Assembly: GCA_964493305.1 (NCBI GenBank)
Contig: CAZBLW010000001.1
Coordinates: 305,484 to 369,483, forward strand
Length of the DNA stretch: 64,000 nucleotides
DNA from: an uncultured Gammaproteobacteria bacterium
GTDB lineage: Bacteria > Patescibacteriota > Patescibacteriia > S139-126
Direction: 5' to 3'
Both the position numbers and the translations under genes were made by a program. Below the pieces are notes generated by a model. That model worked only from the letters and a program-made list of their open reading frames with translations. It made no database searches and was not told the DNA's origin. Position 1 is the stretch's first letter; every line of letters begins with the position of its first letter. Of the stretch, positions 8,830 to 18,366 are shown piece by piece.

Positions 8830-9327
8830 TTATTTAATATTAAATTGTTTAAACATTTGTTCTACTAGTTCAATAAACTTTTGTTCATTCATGGGACAAC
8901 CTGGTACCTTAGCATCAACCTTTACTATCTCCTCTAATTTTCTTACTTTTTCACCATAATTGAATTTTTCCAATAAGAAATCAATTGATTTTCTTACTTC
9001 CTGAGGAAATTCGTTGCGTTGGGCTGATGGCATACCAGTTACTGCACACGCTCCAACAGCCACCAATACTTTAGCTTTAGCTCTAATTTTTTTTAATTCT
9101 TTAGCTTTGGCCTCAGAAGCAATAGCTCCTTCCACAAAAACCACATCCATATCAGTCAGGGAGTTTTTTGATTGTAATACTTTGGCATGTTTAAAGTCCA
9201 AATAGGGCAACCAGTCTTGCCAATGTTCATTTAAAATTTCAGTAAATAAAACCGTACTATCCTCACAACAACTAAATGTAAACCAGCCAACCCTAAGCTT
9301 TTTAGTTTTTGCAGAAGTTTTTTTCAT
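8830..9327 (-). CDS. [NiFe]-hydrogenase small subunit, minimal form with a single proximal [4Fe-4S] cluster.
   Basis: Cysteine pattern FSCCEDS…GACAVTG…PGCPM. Only 165 aa, with no medial or distal cluster cysteines and no Tat signal. The stop abuts the large-subunit ATG (TAAATG). Confidence 0.8.
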   Translation of the reverse strand: MKKTSAKTKKLRVGWFTFSCCEDSTVLFTEILNEHWQDWLPYLDFKHAKVLQSKNSLTDMDVVFVEGAIASEAKAKELKKIRAKAKVLVAVGACAVTGMPSAQRNEFPQEVRKSIDFLLEKFNYGEKVRKLEEIVKVDAKVPGCPMNEQKFIELVEQMFKQFNIK

Positions 9328-9334
9328 TGTTTAT

Positions 9335-9363
9335 ATTATAACATTTTATACTGACTATGTCAT
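9335..9363 (-). promoter_or_regulatory. Sigma-70-like promoter for the hydrogenase operon. The -10 lies 7 nt from the ATG, suggesting a leaderless mRNA.
   Basis: On the minus strand: ATGACA-17 nt-TATAAT-ataaaca-ATG. There is no Shine-Dalgarno sequence. Confidence 0.4.
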
Positions 9364-9438
9364 TGACAAAATGTTTTATTTTTGCCAGTATGTATGATTA
9401 ATAGTTATTTAGCAAATAAAAAAAATGAGGAGGAGAAT

Positions 9439-9798
9439 ATGTTAAGAATAGAAAATCTAATCAAAGCATTACCAACTGCAACTTATACTGGTTATATGTC
9501 TATTACCAATATTTCCCAAGCCAGTTGGAAAAATTATTTTTCTAAACCATTAGATGTCGATATATTAGGTGAATTACTATATTTGATAGCAATAGATATG
9601 CACGAGGTAGCTGCCCAAAAAGTAGAAGAAGGAGAAATGTATAGTTATTTACAGAAAGGAAAAGAGTTATTGGATAAATTGGCTGATATCGGAAAATCAT
9701 TTGGTTTGGTGATTGATAAATATCACAATAAAATAATTTTTTGTGCACTTCTAGGTGAACAACCTTTTCGGATAGACAATATTCAGTGGCACAGATAA
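9439..9798 (+). CDS. Hypothetical protein. The likely start is the internal Met preceded by GGAGGAG; the track ORF starts at 9382.
   Basis: Strong RBS aggaggagaatATG; divergent from the hydrogenase operon. Confidence 0.5.
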   Translation: MLRIENLIKALPTATYTGYMSITNISQASWKNYFSKPLDVDILGELLYLIAIDMHEVAAQKVEEGEMYSYLQKGKELLDKLADIGKSFGLVIDKYHNKIIFCALLGEQPFRIDNIQWHR

Positions 9799-9817
9799 TT
9801 CTGTGCCGCTTTTTTTA
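9785..9817 (+). terminator. Rho-independent terminator.
   Basis: AGTGGCACAG-ataatt-CTGTGCCGCT (10 bp including one GU pair) plus T7. The stop codon lies in the loop. Confidence 0.65.
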
Positions 9818-9828
9818 TTTACTCAGAG

Positions 9829-10968
9829 ATGTACAATATAATTATGCAACCATTAGCGGATAAAATAAGACCACAAAATTTGACTGATTTTTATGGTCAA
9901 GAACATTTGGTGGGCATAGGCAAACCATTGCGGGTGGCCATAGATAAACGACATTTATTTTCGTTTATTTTATGGGGGCCACCGGGGGTAGGGAAAACCA
10001 CCTTAGCTCGTATTTATACTCAAGCTGTAGCTGCTCAATTATTTGAGTTGTCAGCTGTTTCAGCTGGTAAAGAAGATATTAGAAAAATTATAGCTACCCC
10101 TAGCGATCAGCCTAAAGTTTTATTTTTGGATGAAATTCATCGTTTTAACAAATCACAACAAGATTTTTTATTGCCATTTGTCGAGAGCGGACAGTTAACA
10201 CTAATTGGTGCTACTACCGAGAATCCAAGTTTTGAAGTTATTGCCCCGCTGTTATCTCGTTGTCGGGTTTTTGTACTACAAGAATTAACCGATAAAGATA
10301 TGATAAAAATTGTAGGGCGCACCGGTTATAAATTGAAAAAATCTGAACTAGACTGGTTGTTAGGCATGGCCAATGGTGATGCTCGTCAAGCAATTTCCAT
10401 GATTGAAAATACCGCACGTCTCTACCAAACAATCAATTTAGCCAACTTAAAAAATACTTTACAAGGAAAATTTTTACGCTACGACAAACAAGTCGAGGAA
10501 CATTATAATACTATTAGTGCTTTTATAAAAAGTTTGCGTGCCGGGCAACCCAATGCCGCCCTTTATTATTTAGCTCGCATGATTGAAGCTGGTGAGGATC
10601 CCAAATTTATTGCTCGGCGTATGGTCATATTTGCCAGCGAAGACATTGGCCTGTCTCAACCAACGGCTTTGGTGGTTGCTAATGAAGTTTTTCGGGCAGT
10701 GGAGATTATTGGCTTACCGGAGTGTGCTATCAATTTGGCTCACGCAACTGTTTATTTAGCGACTTGCAAAAAAGATAGACGTGCTTATGAAGGCTTGTTG
10801 GCTGCTACCGATGATGTAAAAAAGTACGGCAATTTACCAATTCCTTTGAAAATAAGAAATGCCTCTACTAAATTAATGAAGGATTTAAATTATGGGCGAG
10901 GATATGATAAGTATGATAGCGATGACTATTTACCGGAAAAGATTAAAGGAAAAAAATATTTAAAGTAA
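9829..10968 (+). CDS. rarA: Replication-associated recombination protein A (MgsA/RarA AAA+ ATPase).
   Basis: [30 protein letters not shown] and TTENPSFE are RarA blocks. Confidence 0.85.
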   Translation: MYNIIMQPLADKIRPQNLTDFYGQEHLVGIGKPLRVAIDKRHLFSFILWGPPGVGKTTLARIYTQAVAAQLFELSAVSAGKEDIRKIIATPSDQPKVLFLDEIHRFNKSQQDFLLPFVESGQLTLIGATTENPSFEVIAPLLSRCRVFVLQELTDKDMIKIVGRTGYKLKKSELDWLLGMANGDARQAISMIENTARLYQTINLANLKNTLQGKFLRYDKQVEEHYNTISAFIKSLRAGQPNAALYYLARMIEAGEDPKFIARRMVIFASEDIGLSQPTALVVANEVFRAVEIIGLPECAINLAHATVYLATCKKDRRAYEGLLAATDDVKKYGNLPIPLKIRNASTKLMKDLNYGRGYDKYDSDDYLPEKIKGKKYLK

Positions 10969-10993
10969 AACGGTACTAAGGAGTACCGTTTTT
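10969..10993. terminator. Bidirectional terminator between rarA and the pilin gene.
   Basis: AACGGTACT-aagg-AGTACCGTT followed by TTT, with an A-run on the other side. Confidence 0.6.
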
Positions 10994-11480
10994 AGTTTGA
11001 ATATTGAAAATAAATTGTTGTGTTATTTGGTCCGTTACTAGTCGCTTGTAAAACACCCTGTCCGCCACCAGGAGTAGGTGAGTTTAAACTGGGTAAGGTG
11101 ATTGGTTCCGCTTGATTTTCCAGATTGGCATAGAGTGCACATTTTTTATCAACGGCTGAATATTGATAGAAATAATAAGTTTGAGTGTCCGTACCGATTT
11201 TTGGATCACGCGGTGCTCGCGCTAAATAAGTTTGAGCTTGGGGAAATTTTATTTTTATTTCCTCTATTAAATCAGCTAGATCATAAGTGCCGTTGCCACC
11301 ATCCGGTTCATAACACGACAAAGCTAAAAATCTACCGATTTGGGCAATATCATTTTTTCTTTTAGTGTCCCTGGCTTTTTCCCTGACGCCATTTAAAGCT
11401 AAGTAAACTATACTACTGATTACACCGATTATGGCAATAGTAGTCAGCAATTCAATTAGTGAAAAACCTTTATTTTTCAT
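10992..11480 (-). CDS. Type IV pilin / pseudopilin-like protein with an N-terminal prepilin methylation motif.
   Basis: MKNKGFSLIELLTTIAIIGVISSIV: class III signal (GFSLIELL) followed by a hydrophobic helix. Confidence 0.75.
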   Translation of the reverse strand: MKNKGFSLIELLTTIAIIGVISSIVYLALNGVREKARDTKRKNDIAQIGRFLALSCYEPDGGNGTYDLADLIEEIKIKFPQAQTYLARAPRDPKIGTDTQTYYFYQYSAVDKKCALYANLENQAEPITLPSLNSPTPGGGQGVLQATSNGPNNTTIYFQYSN

Positions 11481-11504
11481 AAATCTATTATAACATAATT
11501 TCAG

Positions 11505-11532
11505 TTGACTTTGTTTAGCGTATTATTATAAA
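11505..11532 (+). promoter_or_regulatory. Candidate sigma-70 promoter for the helicase gene.
   Basis: TTGACT-16-TATAAA, then an AAAGGAG RBS before the ATG at 11578. Confidence 0.45.
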
Positions 11533-11577
11533 CTATTATATTAATTTTGTACTTTAAAAAAATAAAGGAGAATAAAA

Positions 11578-13518
11578 ATGCCTAGAAGAACCAAATATCG
11601 TCAAGCTCTGATGGCTGGTACACCCGATATGTTTACTATTAATTTTTCTAGCCGATTTCGAAATTTAGAGCCGCGTTCTACGCAGGAAAAAATCGTTCAT
11701 TGGTTGACACAAGATGACAAAAATTATGGTTTTGTTTGTTTAACTTCATTTGGCAAAACTATTATTGACCTAATGTTAGTTGATTATTATCTCAATCTGG
11801 GATTTAAAAAAATACTAGTTACTGCGCCAACCGAGGAATTAAACGCTCAGATTTTTCAAGATTTTAAAAACTATTATAATTTTTCTGAAAATGAAATAGT
11901 TTTATTGGCTGGAGTAAATAAAGTTAAACGCCAAGAATGGTGGCGACAAGATAGTTGTCGTGTTTATATATCCACCCCCCACAATGTAGCTAATGATTTA
12001 GCTAGACGAGTTATTTTGCCGAATTATTTTCAGTTAATAATTATTGATGAAGCCCACCATGGTATCAAGAAATTTCCGTATACTGATATAACTGCCCGTT
12101 GTCATAATTTTGCCAAAATTATTGCGCAAACAGCTGTGCCTGGCACTAGTTCCGATCGAGAACAATCAGCTCAGTCTTTGTGTTTGAACGGTGGTTGGTG
12201 GACGACAACTCAGACTGAACAATTAGCTTGGCAGCAACCGATGAGTAGAACAATTATCGATATCATCAGTGATGATTGGTGGCAACAAGTTTGGAAACAA
12301 ATGTATGACCGCTCCGGTATGTATTATGACAATTTAGTTGATAATTTTTATCAGGCCAATTTAGAAAATCTATTATTCCAAAGATTCAAATTGCTGTCCC
12401 AAAAAGACTCCAAAAATATTGTAAACAAGATTAAAGAGTTGCGAGCAGTTGATAATTTACAAGGGTTAAAAGCTCTACATAACTTTGCTTGTGTACAAAA
12501 AATGTTACATCTAATGCGACAACTTTTTCAAAATTCGTTTGAAATGTTTTTTTCTTATTTTGATCGCTTAGCAGTGGGCAGTAGTAAATCTAGTCTGAGA
12601 TTGGCCAAAGAAAATAAACAATTATATCTGGACATTGAGCATTATTGTGGTTGGGATAAAGTCTTAAAAAGACCAAAAAAAATTCATCCTAAATTATCTC
12701 GTTTAAAAGAATTGCACGAAATTTTTTCTTCACAACAAACTGCCATTTACCATTCTTCAATTGAAATGTTGCAAGTTGCTAGTCATTATTTAACCCAATG
12801 GGGGAGTGAAAACAGTTTATTGATTGGAAAAAGTCATACCAATTTGCAACACACAAAAGATAGAAAAAAAGTTAGGCAAGAATTTAACCATCGTTTTGAC
12901 GGAATATTGCAAATATCTTCAGTCGGAAGCGAAGGTTTGCATCTGAAAAATTTACAGAATTTAGTCATGTATGGTCAACCCAATACGCCTAATTTTTTGG
13001 CTAATGCCGAAGGTCGAGTTGGTCGTGATAATCCCGGTCAGGTTTGGCATTTATTATTTTCTCAATTTGATCATAGTATGTACTATGCCAATGAGGCCAA
13101 ACGCGAACAAATGTACAAGCAAATTAAAATTATTCCTGATGTATATGTGCCCAATAAAGTTACCAAAAAACATAATGTTGATTTGCTCAAGCCAACTAAA
13201 AAGTTAGCCGATTGTCACAATAGGGTAATTAGAGAAATATTTTCTATACAGCAAGCCGCAATAGTAGAAATTACTAAGCAAGGTAAAGTGGTTGGTTACA
13301 AATTTATTGGCCAGGGACTCAAAGACGCAGAGGTAGTAAATGTTGAGAAAATTTTACCAGTTAGTGAGACCGAAGAGGTTGATAAATTAAAAGAATTAGT
13401 AGGTAAACAAGTTATTATTTCTGGCAAAGTAGTAGTAGAGGATTGGTTACAAGAAAAACTTATTAAAGTAATAGTTTCCAATTTGACTGAAAAACAAGGT
13501 ATAGTACCAATAAATTAA
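11578..13518 (+). CDS. SF2 DExH (DEAHH) helicase of the Hef/FANCM/RIG-I/Dicer clade with a ~140-aa C-terminal non-helicase domain.
   Basis: PRSTQ (PRxYQ-like), GKT (TSFGKT), TAPTEEL (Ia), TPHNVAND (Ic), DEAHH (II), TAVPGTS (III). A ~200-aa insertion precedes motifs IV-VI (VGSEGLHL, AEGRVGR), as in the Hel2i insertion of RIG-I/Hef. Confidence 0.75.
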   Translation: MPRRTKYRQALMAGTPDMFTINFSSRFRNLEPRSTQEKIVHWLTQDDKNYGFVCLTSFGKTIIDLMLVDYYLNLGFKKILVTAPTEELNAQIFQDFKNYYNFSENEIVLLAGVNKVKRQEWWRQDSCRVYISTPHNVANDLARRVILPNYFQLIIIDEAHHGIKKFPYTDITARCHNFAKIIAQTAVPGTSSDREQSAQSLCLNGGWWTTTQTEQLAWQQPMSRTIIDIISDDWWQQVWKQMYDRSGMYYDNLVDNFYQANLENLLFQRFKLLSQKDSKNIVNKIKELRAVDNLQGLKALHNFACVQKMLHLMRQLFQNSFEMFFSYFDRLAVGSSKSSLRLAKENKQLYLDIEHYCGWDKVLKRPKKIHPKLSRLKELHEIFSSQQTAIYHSSIEMLQVASHYLTQWGSENSLLIGKSHTNLQHTKDRKKVRQEFNHRFDGILQISSVGSEGLHLKNLQNLVMYGQPNTPNFLANAEGRVGRDNPGQVWHLLFSQFDHSMYYANEAKREQMYKQIKIIPDVYVPNKVTKKHNVDLLKPTKKLADCHNRVIREIFSIQQAAIVEITKQGKVVGYKFIGQGLKDAEVVNVEKILPVSETEEVDKLKELVGKQVIISGKVVVEDWLQEKLIKVIVSNLTEKQGIVPIN

Positions 13519-13524
13519 ACTTAA

Positions 13525-13556
13525 AAACTCCGAAATTATTTCGGAGTTTATTTATT
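13525..13556 (+). terminator. Rho-independent terminator after the helicase.
   Basis: 11-bp stem AAACTCCGAAA…TTTCGGAGTTT followed by a T-rich tail. Confidence 0.7.
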
Positions 13557-13605
13557 GACTAAAAAATATTTTTGTGTTAAGGTGGCCAAAAAATAGGAGT
13601 CAGAT

Positions 13606-13995
13606 ATGAATACTAAAGAGTATCAAATTAGTTTGCAGAAAGTAATTTCCCAGTTCCTTAAAAACCAACCCACCCAAACAATAGCTGGTAAAAAATATGT
13701 TACCAGCGGTAAAATTTTATGGCAAAGTATCGCCAAACAACAAAGTTTATTTTATATTCAACGTCCATTTGTTCACGCTACCAATTACAAACTGTATTTT
13801 GCTTATTCAATTTATAGCTATGTTGGTCAGATGGTTAGACCAGAAAAATTATTTTGTAGTCAAGCTACAACCTTACAACCGCTAGTTTGTCGGGCGGAAA
13901 TATTACCTAAGGGTATTAAATTTATTTTATCAAACCAAATCATAAATGAGAGTTTAAAAGTTTATTTTACAATTTATCAACCAAAACAGGAGTAA
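13606..13995 (+). CDS. Hypothetical protein (129 aa).
   Basis: Has an AGGAG RBS and a TTGACT-17-TAAGGT promoter at 13555-13583. First gene of a two-gene unit. Confidence 0.5.
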   Translation: MNTKEYQISLQKVISQFLKNQPTQTIAGKKYVTSGKILWQSIAKQQSLFYIQRPFVHATNYKLYFAYSIYSYVGQMVRPEKLFCSQATTLQPLVCRAEILPKGIKFILSNQIINESLKVYFTIYQPKQE

Positions 13996-13999
13996 TGTT

Positions 14000-14542
14000 A
14001 TGTCCGAAGAAAAATATATCCGAAAGATTTTTACCCCAGCTGATTTAGCCCGCCTGATCAAACCATCTCAACCTAAGTTTTCTCTAAGTCAGAATCAATC
14101 TGTAGTTTTGTCGGTTTTAATGAATACTGTCATTTTACATTTTATAACCGAGGTAACCAATCAACCGTTCAAATACGGATTAAGCAAAGTTTTAGATTTA
14201 GTACCCCAGTATAAACATACTAGACGCGGGATATTACAAACCGACCAAGCCAACAGCGACATTGTTTATTTTATGAATTACCAGGATTTACTTTATGGAT
14301 TGAATACAGAGACTACTCAAAAAAGTTTTTTTATAGTGGTAGAATTCGGTTTATCCGGTGAGGCCCAGGCGGTCAATAAATTTTTTAAATACTTACGCAG
14401 TTATGTAAAACAGAGAAATTTTACCCGCTGGTATAAAAAAGCCACCAGCTGGCTGACTAGTCAGCCTAATTATCAACTTTTATCTGCTGATGTAAAAAAT
14501 TTTTTTCATTGGAATAGTTTAAAAATGGGTGTTAAAGCATAG
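14000..14542 (+). CDS. Hypothetical protein (180 aa).
   Basis: 4-nt spacing from the upstream ORF; its own terminator follows. Confidence 0.5.
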   Translation: MSEEKYIRKIFTPADLARLIKPSQPKFSLSQNQSVVLSVLMNTVILHFITEVTNQPFKYGLSKVLDLVPQYKHTRRGILQTDQANSDIVYFMNYQDLLYGLNTETTQKSFFIVVEFGLSGEAQAVNKFFKYLRSYVKQRNFTRWYKKATSWLTSQPNYQLLSADVKNFFHWNSLKMGVKA

Positions 14543-14568
14543 CCACCAATCGGGTGGCTATTTTTTTT
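14541..14568 (+). terminator. Rho-independent terminator.
   Basis: AGCCACC-aatcg-GGTGGCT plus T8. Confidence 0.75.
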
Positions 14569-14613
14569 AGCATTTGCTAAAAGCCTTAAAAATTATTATA
14601 ATAACTAAGATTT

Positions 14614-16011
14614 ATGAATAATAAAGCCAAAGCCAACGAGCAAAATAAAATGGATAAATTGGTGGCGCTACTTAAGCGGCGCGGTTTTATTTTTCCTTCT
14701 TCAGAAATATATGGCGGACTGCAAGCAGCTTATGATTATGGACCATTGGGAGTGGAATTGAAAAATAATATCAAACGCGCTTGGTGGCGAAGATTTGTCC
14801 AAAGTAGATTGGATATGGTTGGTCTTGATGCTTCAATTATAATGCATCCTAAAGTTTGGGAAGCCTCAGGACATGTTCAGAATTTTACTGATCCGTTAAT
14901 TGATTGCAAACAGTGTAAAAAAAGATTTAGAGCCGACCATTTGTTGCCAGCCAATACTATCAGCCCAGGTTATGATAAGGAAAAACCTTTTTTTGTAGGT
15001 GATTATAAATGTCCAGATTGCGGCGGAGAACTTACTGAGGTTAGACAATTCAATTTGATGTTTAAAACTTTTATGGGACCACTAGAAGAAGCAGCGGCTA
15101 AAGTTTATTTACGTCCCGAAACAGCCGGAGGTATTTTTGTGAATTTCAAAAATGTGGTTGACAGTATGCGACTACGAGTACCTTTTGGTATTGGCCAAAT
15201 TGGCAAAGCTTTCCGCAATGAAATAACGGTAGAAAATTTTATTTTTCGTACCAGAGAATTTGAACAAATGGAAGTTGAATATTTTGTCCATCCCAAAGTT
15301 TGGGAAAAACATTTTGCTGATTGGTTGGAAGTCATGAAAGAGTGGTGTAAATTTTTAGGTATCAAAGAAAGTAATTTATATTTACACGAGATTGACGAAA
15401 AGGAGAGAGCTTTTTATTCAAAACGAACAGTAGATTTTGAATACGAATATCCTTTCGGTCGTAAAGAGTTGTATGGTTTAGCTTACCGAACTGATTATGA
15501 TTTAAAACAACACCAGAAATTTAGCGGTCAGAATCTGGAATATACCGACCCCCTTAGTAAAGAAAAATTTATTCCCCATATAATTGAACCATCGTTGGGT
15601 GTTGATAGGTCGTTTTTAGTTGTTTTGCTTGAAGCTTATACAGAAGTTGACGGTGGCCGTACTACTACCACCGCCGCCACCAAAGAAACCGAAGTTATTT
15701 TGCAATTGCCTTATGAATTAGCACCTATAAAGATTGCGATTTTACCTTTGTCAAAAAAAGAACCACTACTATTAGCAGCTCAGAAGATTGCTCAGGTATT
15801 AGGTACTAATTACACCATTCAATATGACGAGACTGGTTCGATTGGTCGGCGTTATAGAAGGCAAGATGAAATCGGCACTCCTTATTGTATTACCGTCGAT
15901 TTTGAAACAGTCGATGACCAAGCAGTTACTATCAGGGATCGTGACACTATGCAACAAGAGCGGGTAGCTATCAATCAGTTGACTGATTATTTCAAAAATA
16001 AATTTGTTTAA
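14614..16011 (+). CDS. glyQS: Glycyl-tRNA synthetase, alpha2 (archaeal/eukaryal-type) form.
   Basis: KRRGFIFPSSEIYGG…YDYGPLGVELKNNIKRAWW. The true start may be the Met at 14650. Confidence 0.85.
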   Translation: MNNKAKANEQNKMDKLVALLKRRGFIFPSSEIYGGLQAAYDYGPLGVELKNNIKRAWWRRFVQSRLDMVGLDASIIMHPKVWEASGHVQNFTDPLIDCKQCKKRFRADHLLPANTISPGYDKEKPFFVGDYKCPDCGGELTEVRQFNLMFKTFMGPLEEAAAKVYLRPETAGGIFVNFKNVVDSMRLRVPFGIGQIGKAFRNEITVENFIFRTREFEQMEVEYFVHPKVWEKHFADWLEVMKEWCKFLGIKESNLYLHEIDEKERAFYSKRTVDFEYEYPFGRKELYGLAYRTDYDLKQHQKFSGQNLEYTDPLSKEKFIPHIIEPSLGVDRSFLVVLLEAYTEVDGGRTTTTAATKETEVILQLPYELAPIKIAILPLSKKEPLLLAAQKIAQVLGTNYTIQYDETGSIGRRYRRQDEIGTPYCITVDFETVDDQAVTIRDRDTMQQERVAINQLTDYFKNKFV

Positions 16012-17279
16012 TGTTTTATACCTATAAATATAACAATGGTTTGACTGCCATTATTAGTCCTCAAGTTGGTACTGATGCCGTCACTGTTTTGGTGATGGTT
16101 AAAGTCGGTTCTCGTTATGAAACAAAATCATTTAATGGCATTGCTCATTTTACCGAGCATCTATTGTTTAAAGGTACAAAAAAGAGACCTTCAACTTTGT
16201 TAATATCCCAAGAACTAGACAGTATCGGTGCTGATTATAATGCTTTTACTGGTAAGGAATATACTGGTTATTATATAAAATCAGCTGCAAAAAATTTAAC
16301 TCTTTGTTTGGATATTTTATCAGACATGTTAAGTAATTCTTTATTTGCTGCTCAAGAAATAAATAGAGAAAAAGGTGTTATTATTGAAGAAATTAATATG
16401 TATGAGGACGCACCAATGATGATGTTGGAAGATGAGTTTGATTATAGTGCCTATCCTGACAGTCAATTAGGCAGAAATATTGCCGGTACCAAAGAATCTG
16501 TTAGTGCTTTGGTTAGAGATGATTTTATCAAGTTTACCAAGCGTTATTACACGGCCAATAATATGTTGGTAGTAATTACCGGTCAGGTGGATCAGGATTT
16601 GGTACAAAAGCAGATTGGGCAAATGTTTAATAGAATAAAAACCGGTCAAGTTAAACCTCCTTCCAAAGTTATCTCTAAGCAAGCAAAACCCAAAATATAT
16701 AATAAAGAAAAAAATACCGAACAGATTCATTTGGCTTTAGGTTTTCTGGCAAATATCAACCATCGTTCGCCTCAAACCTTACCTTTAAAAATTGCCAGTG
16801 TGGCTTTTGGCGGTAATATGAGTTCGCGTTTATTTATCAATATCAGAGAAAGACAAGGAATGTGTTATTACATCCGCTCACGGGTCAATACTTATTTTGA
16901 TACTGGTAGTTTGGTAGTTTATGCCGGACTTGATAAAACCAGGCTGAACCAGGCAGTGAAATTGATAATTGCTGAATTTAAAAAATTGAAAAGTCAGGGT
17001 ATATCAAAAAATGAATTCAACAAAGCGAAAGATTACATTCAAGGTAAAACAATTTTAGCTTTGGAAGATAGTTCTCAGATTGCCCAGTGGTATGCTGATA
17101 GATGGTTAAATCAGCAAAATATAGAAACGCCAGAACAATATTTTAAACGCTTACAAAAAATTACTCTAGCTGAGGTTAATACTGCCCTTAACAAGGTGAT
17201 TCAAATAAATAAATTAAACTTGGCAATTATTGGTCAGTCGATTGATAAATCAAAATTAAATAAACTTTTAAGTTTTTAA
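16011..17279 (+). CDS. M16-family zinc peptidase (pitrilysin-like).
   Basis: HFTEHLLFKGT carries the inverted zinc motif HxxEH. The start overlaps the glyQS stop (TAATG). Confidence 0.8.
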   Translation: MFYTYKYNNGLTAIISPQVGTDAVTVLVMVKVGSRYETKSFNGIAHFTEHLLFKGTKKRPSTLLISQELDSIGADYNAFTGKEYTGYYIKSAAKNLTLCLDILSDMLSNSLFAAQEINREKGVIIEEINMYEDAPMMMLEDEFDYSAYPDSQLGRNIAGTKESVSALVRDDFIKFTKRYYTANNMLVVITGQVDQDLVQKQIGQMFNRIKTGQVKPPSKVISKQAKPKIYNKEKNTEQIHLALGFLANINHRSPQTLPLKIASVAFGGNMSSRLFINIRERQGMCYYIRSRVNTYFDTGSLVVYAGLDKTRLNQAVKLIIAEFKKLKSQGISKNEFNKAKDYIQGKTILALEDSSQIAQWYADRWLNQQNIETPEQYFKRLQKITLAEVNTALNKVIQINKLNLAIIGQSIDKSKLNKLLSF

Positions 17280-17289
17280 TATCAATTAT

Positions 17290-18366
17290 ATGAACGGTGA
17301 AAACAAACAACCTATAGTCGTAAATGTTTCTACTTTGACTTTTTTCAAAGTCATAGCCGTTTTATTGATCTTAGGTTTTGTCTGGATTGTTAGAGACATT
17401 TTATTTTTATTGCTAATAGCTATTGTTTTAGCAGCCGCTTTTGATCCGTGGGTGGATTGGTTTCAGACAAAAAAGATTCCTCGTTCCATTAGTATTTTGG
17501 GTATTTATATTGTGTTGTTAAGTATTTTTTCTTTAGCTATTGGTTTGATGGTGCCAGTTGTTTTGGAACAGGCCAATGAATTGATTAAAAATTTACCAAA
17601 TTTTATCAATCAATTTACCCAATGGTTGACTAATATTCGATCAACTGCTGTGGGTTATGAAATTATTGATAATCTAAAAATAGCTGTATCCGGCTGGCAA
17701 ACTGAAATTGGTAAAAGTTCTGGTAGTGTTTTGTCCGTAGTAGGTGGATTTTTTGGAGGTATTATTTCACTTTTTTCCGTATTAGTCATGACATTTTATA
17801 TGATTATTGAAGAAAATAATACCAAAAAATTTATTACTTCAATAAGTCCTAAAAAATACCAGATATACTTGGTTGAATTGATGGATAGAATCTCTTTGCG
17901 CATGGGGCAGTGGTTAAGAGGTCAAATTATATTAAGTTTTGCAGTCGGTTTGTTGGTGTACATTGGATTAAAAATTTTAGGAATCAAATATGCTTTTGTT
18001 CTAGCTTTGATCGCCGCTATCACCGAGATTATTCCCTATGTTGGTCCTTTCTTGGGAGCTTTGCCAGGGGTACTTATAGGTTTTACTATTTCACCCTGGA
18101 CAGGAGTTTTTACAATTTTGCTTTATTTTATTATCCAACAAATGGAAAATAGTTTTCTTACTCCCAAAATTATGTCCAAGGCAGTTGGTTTAAATCCGGT
18201 AATTGTAATTTTAGCTATTCTTATCGGCGCTAAAATTGGCGGTCCGGTCGGGGCGATTATTTCCATACCTGTTGCTATTATTTTGAGTATTTTTTTGAAG
18301 GATTTTATGGATTATCCTTGGCAGTATAAAGGTACTAGCCAAACAGACAATAAAGACAGCCTATGA
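17290..18366 (+). CDS. AI-2E family transporter (PerM-like permease).
   Basis: 8-TM architecture with the characteristic C-terminal block …ILLYFIIQQMENSFLTPKIM…. Confidence 0.75.
   Translation: MNGENKQPIVVNVSTLTFFKVIAVLLILGFVWIVRDILFLLLIAIVLAAAFDPWVDWFQTKKIPRSISILGIYIVLLSIFSLAIGLMVPVVLEQANELIKNLPNFINQFTQWLTNIRSTAVGYEIIDNLKIAVSGWQTEIGKSSGSVLSVVGGFFGGIISLFSVLVMTFYMIIEENNTKKFITSISPKKYQIYLVELMDRISLRMGQWLRGQIILSFAVGLLVYIGLKILGIKYAFVLALIAAITEIIPYVGPFLGALPGVLIGFTISPWTGVFTILLYFIIQQMENSFLTPKIMSKAVGLNPVIVILAILIGAKIGGPVGAIISIPVAIILSIFLKDFMDYPWQYKGTSQTDNKDSL

Noticed and set aside
9382-9438. Longer N-terminal extension of the 9439..9798 ORF (track start 9382).
   Set aside because: A strong GGAGGAG RBS sits immediately before the internal ATG at 9439; the upstream extension lies within the divergent promoter region.
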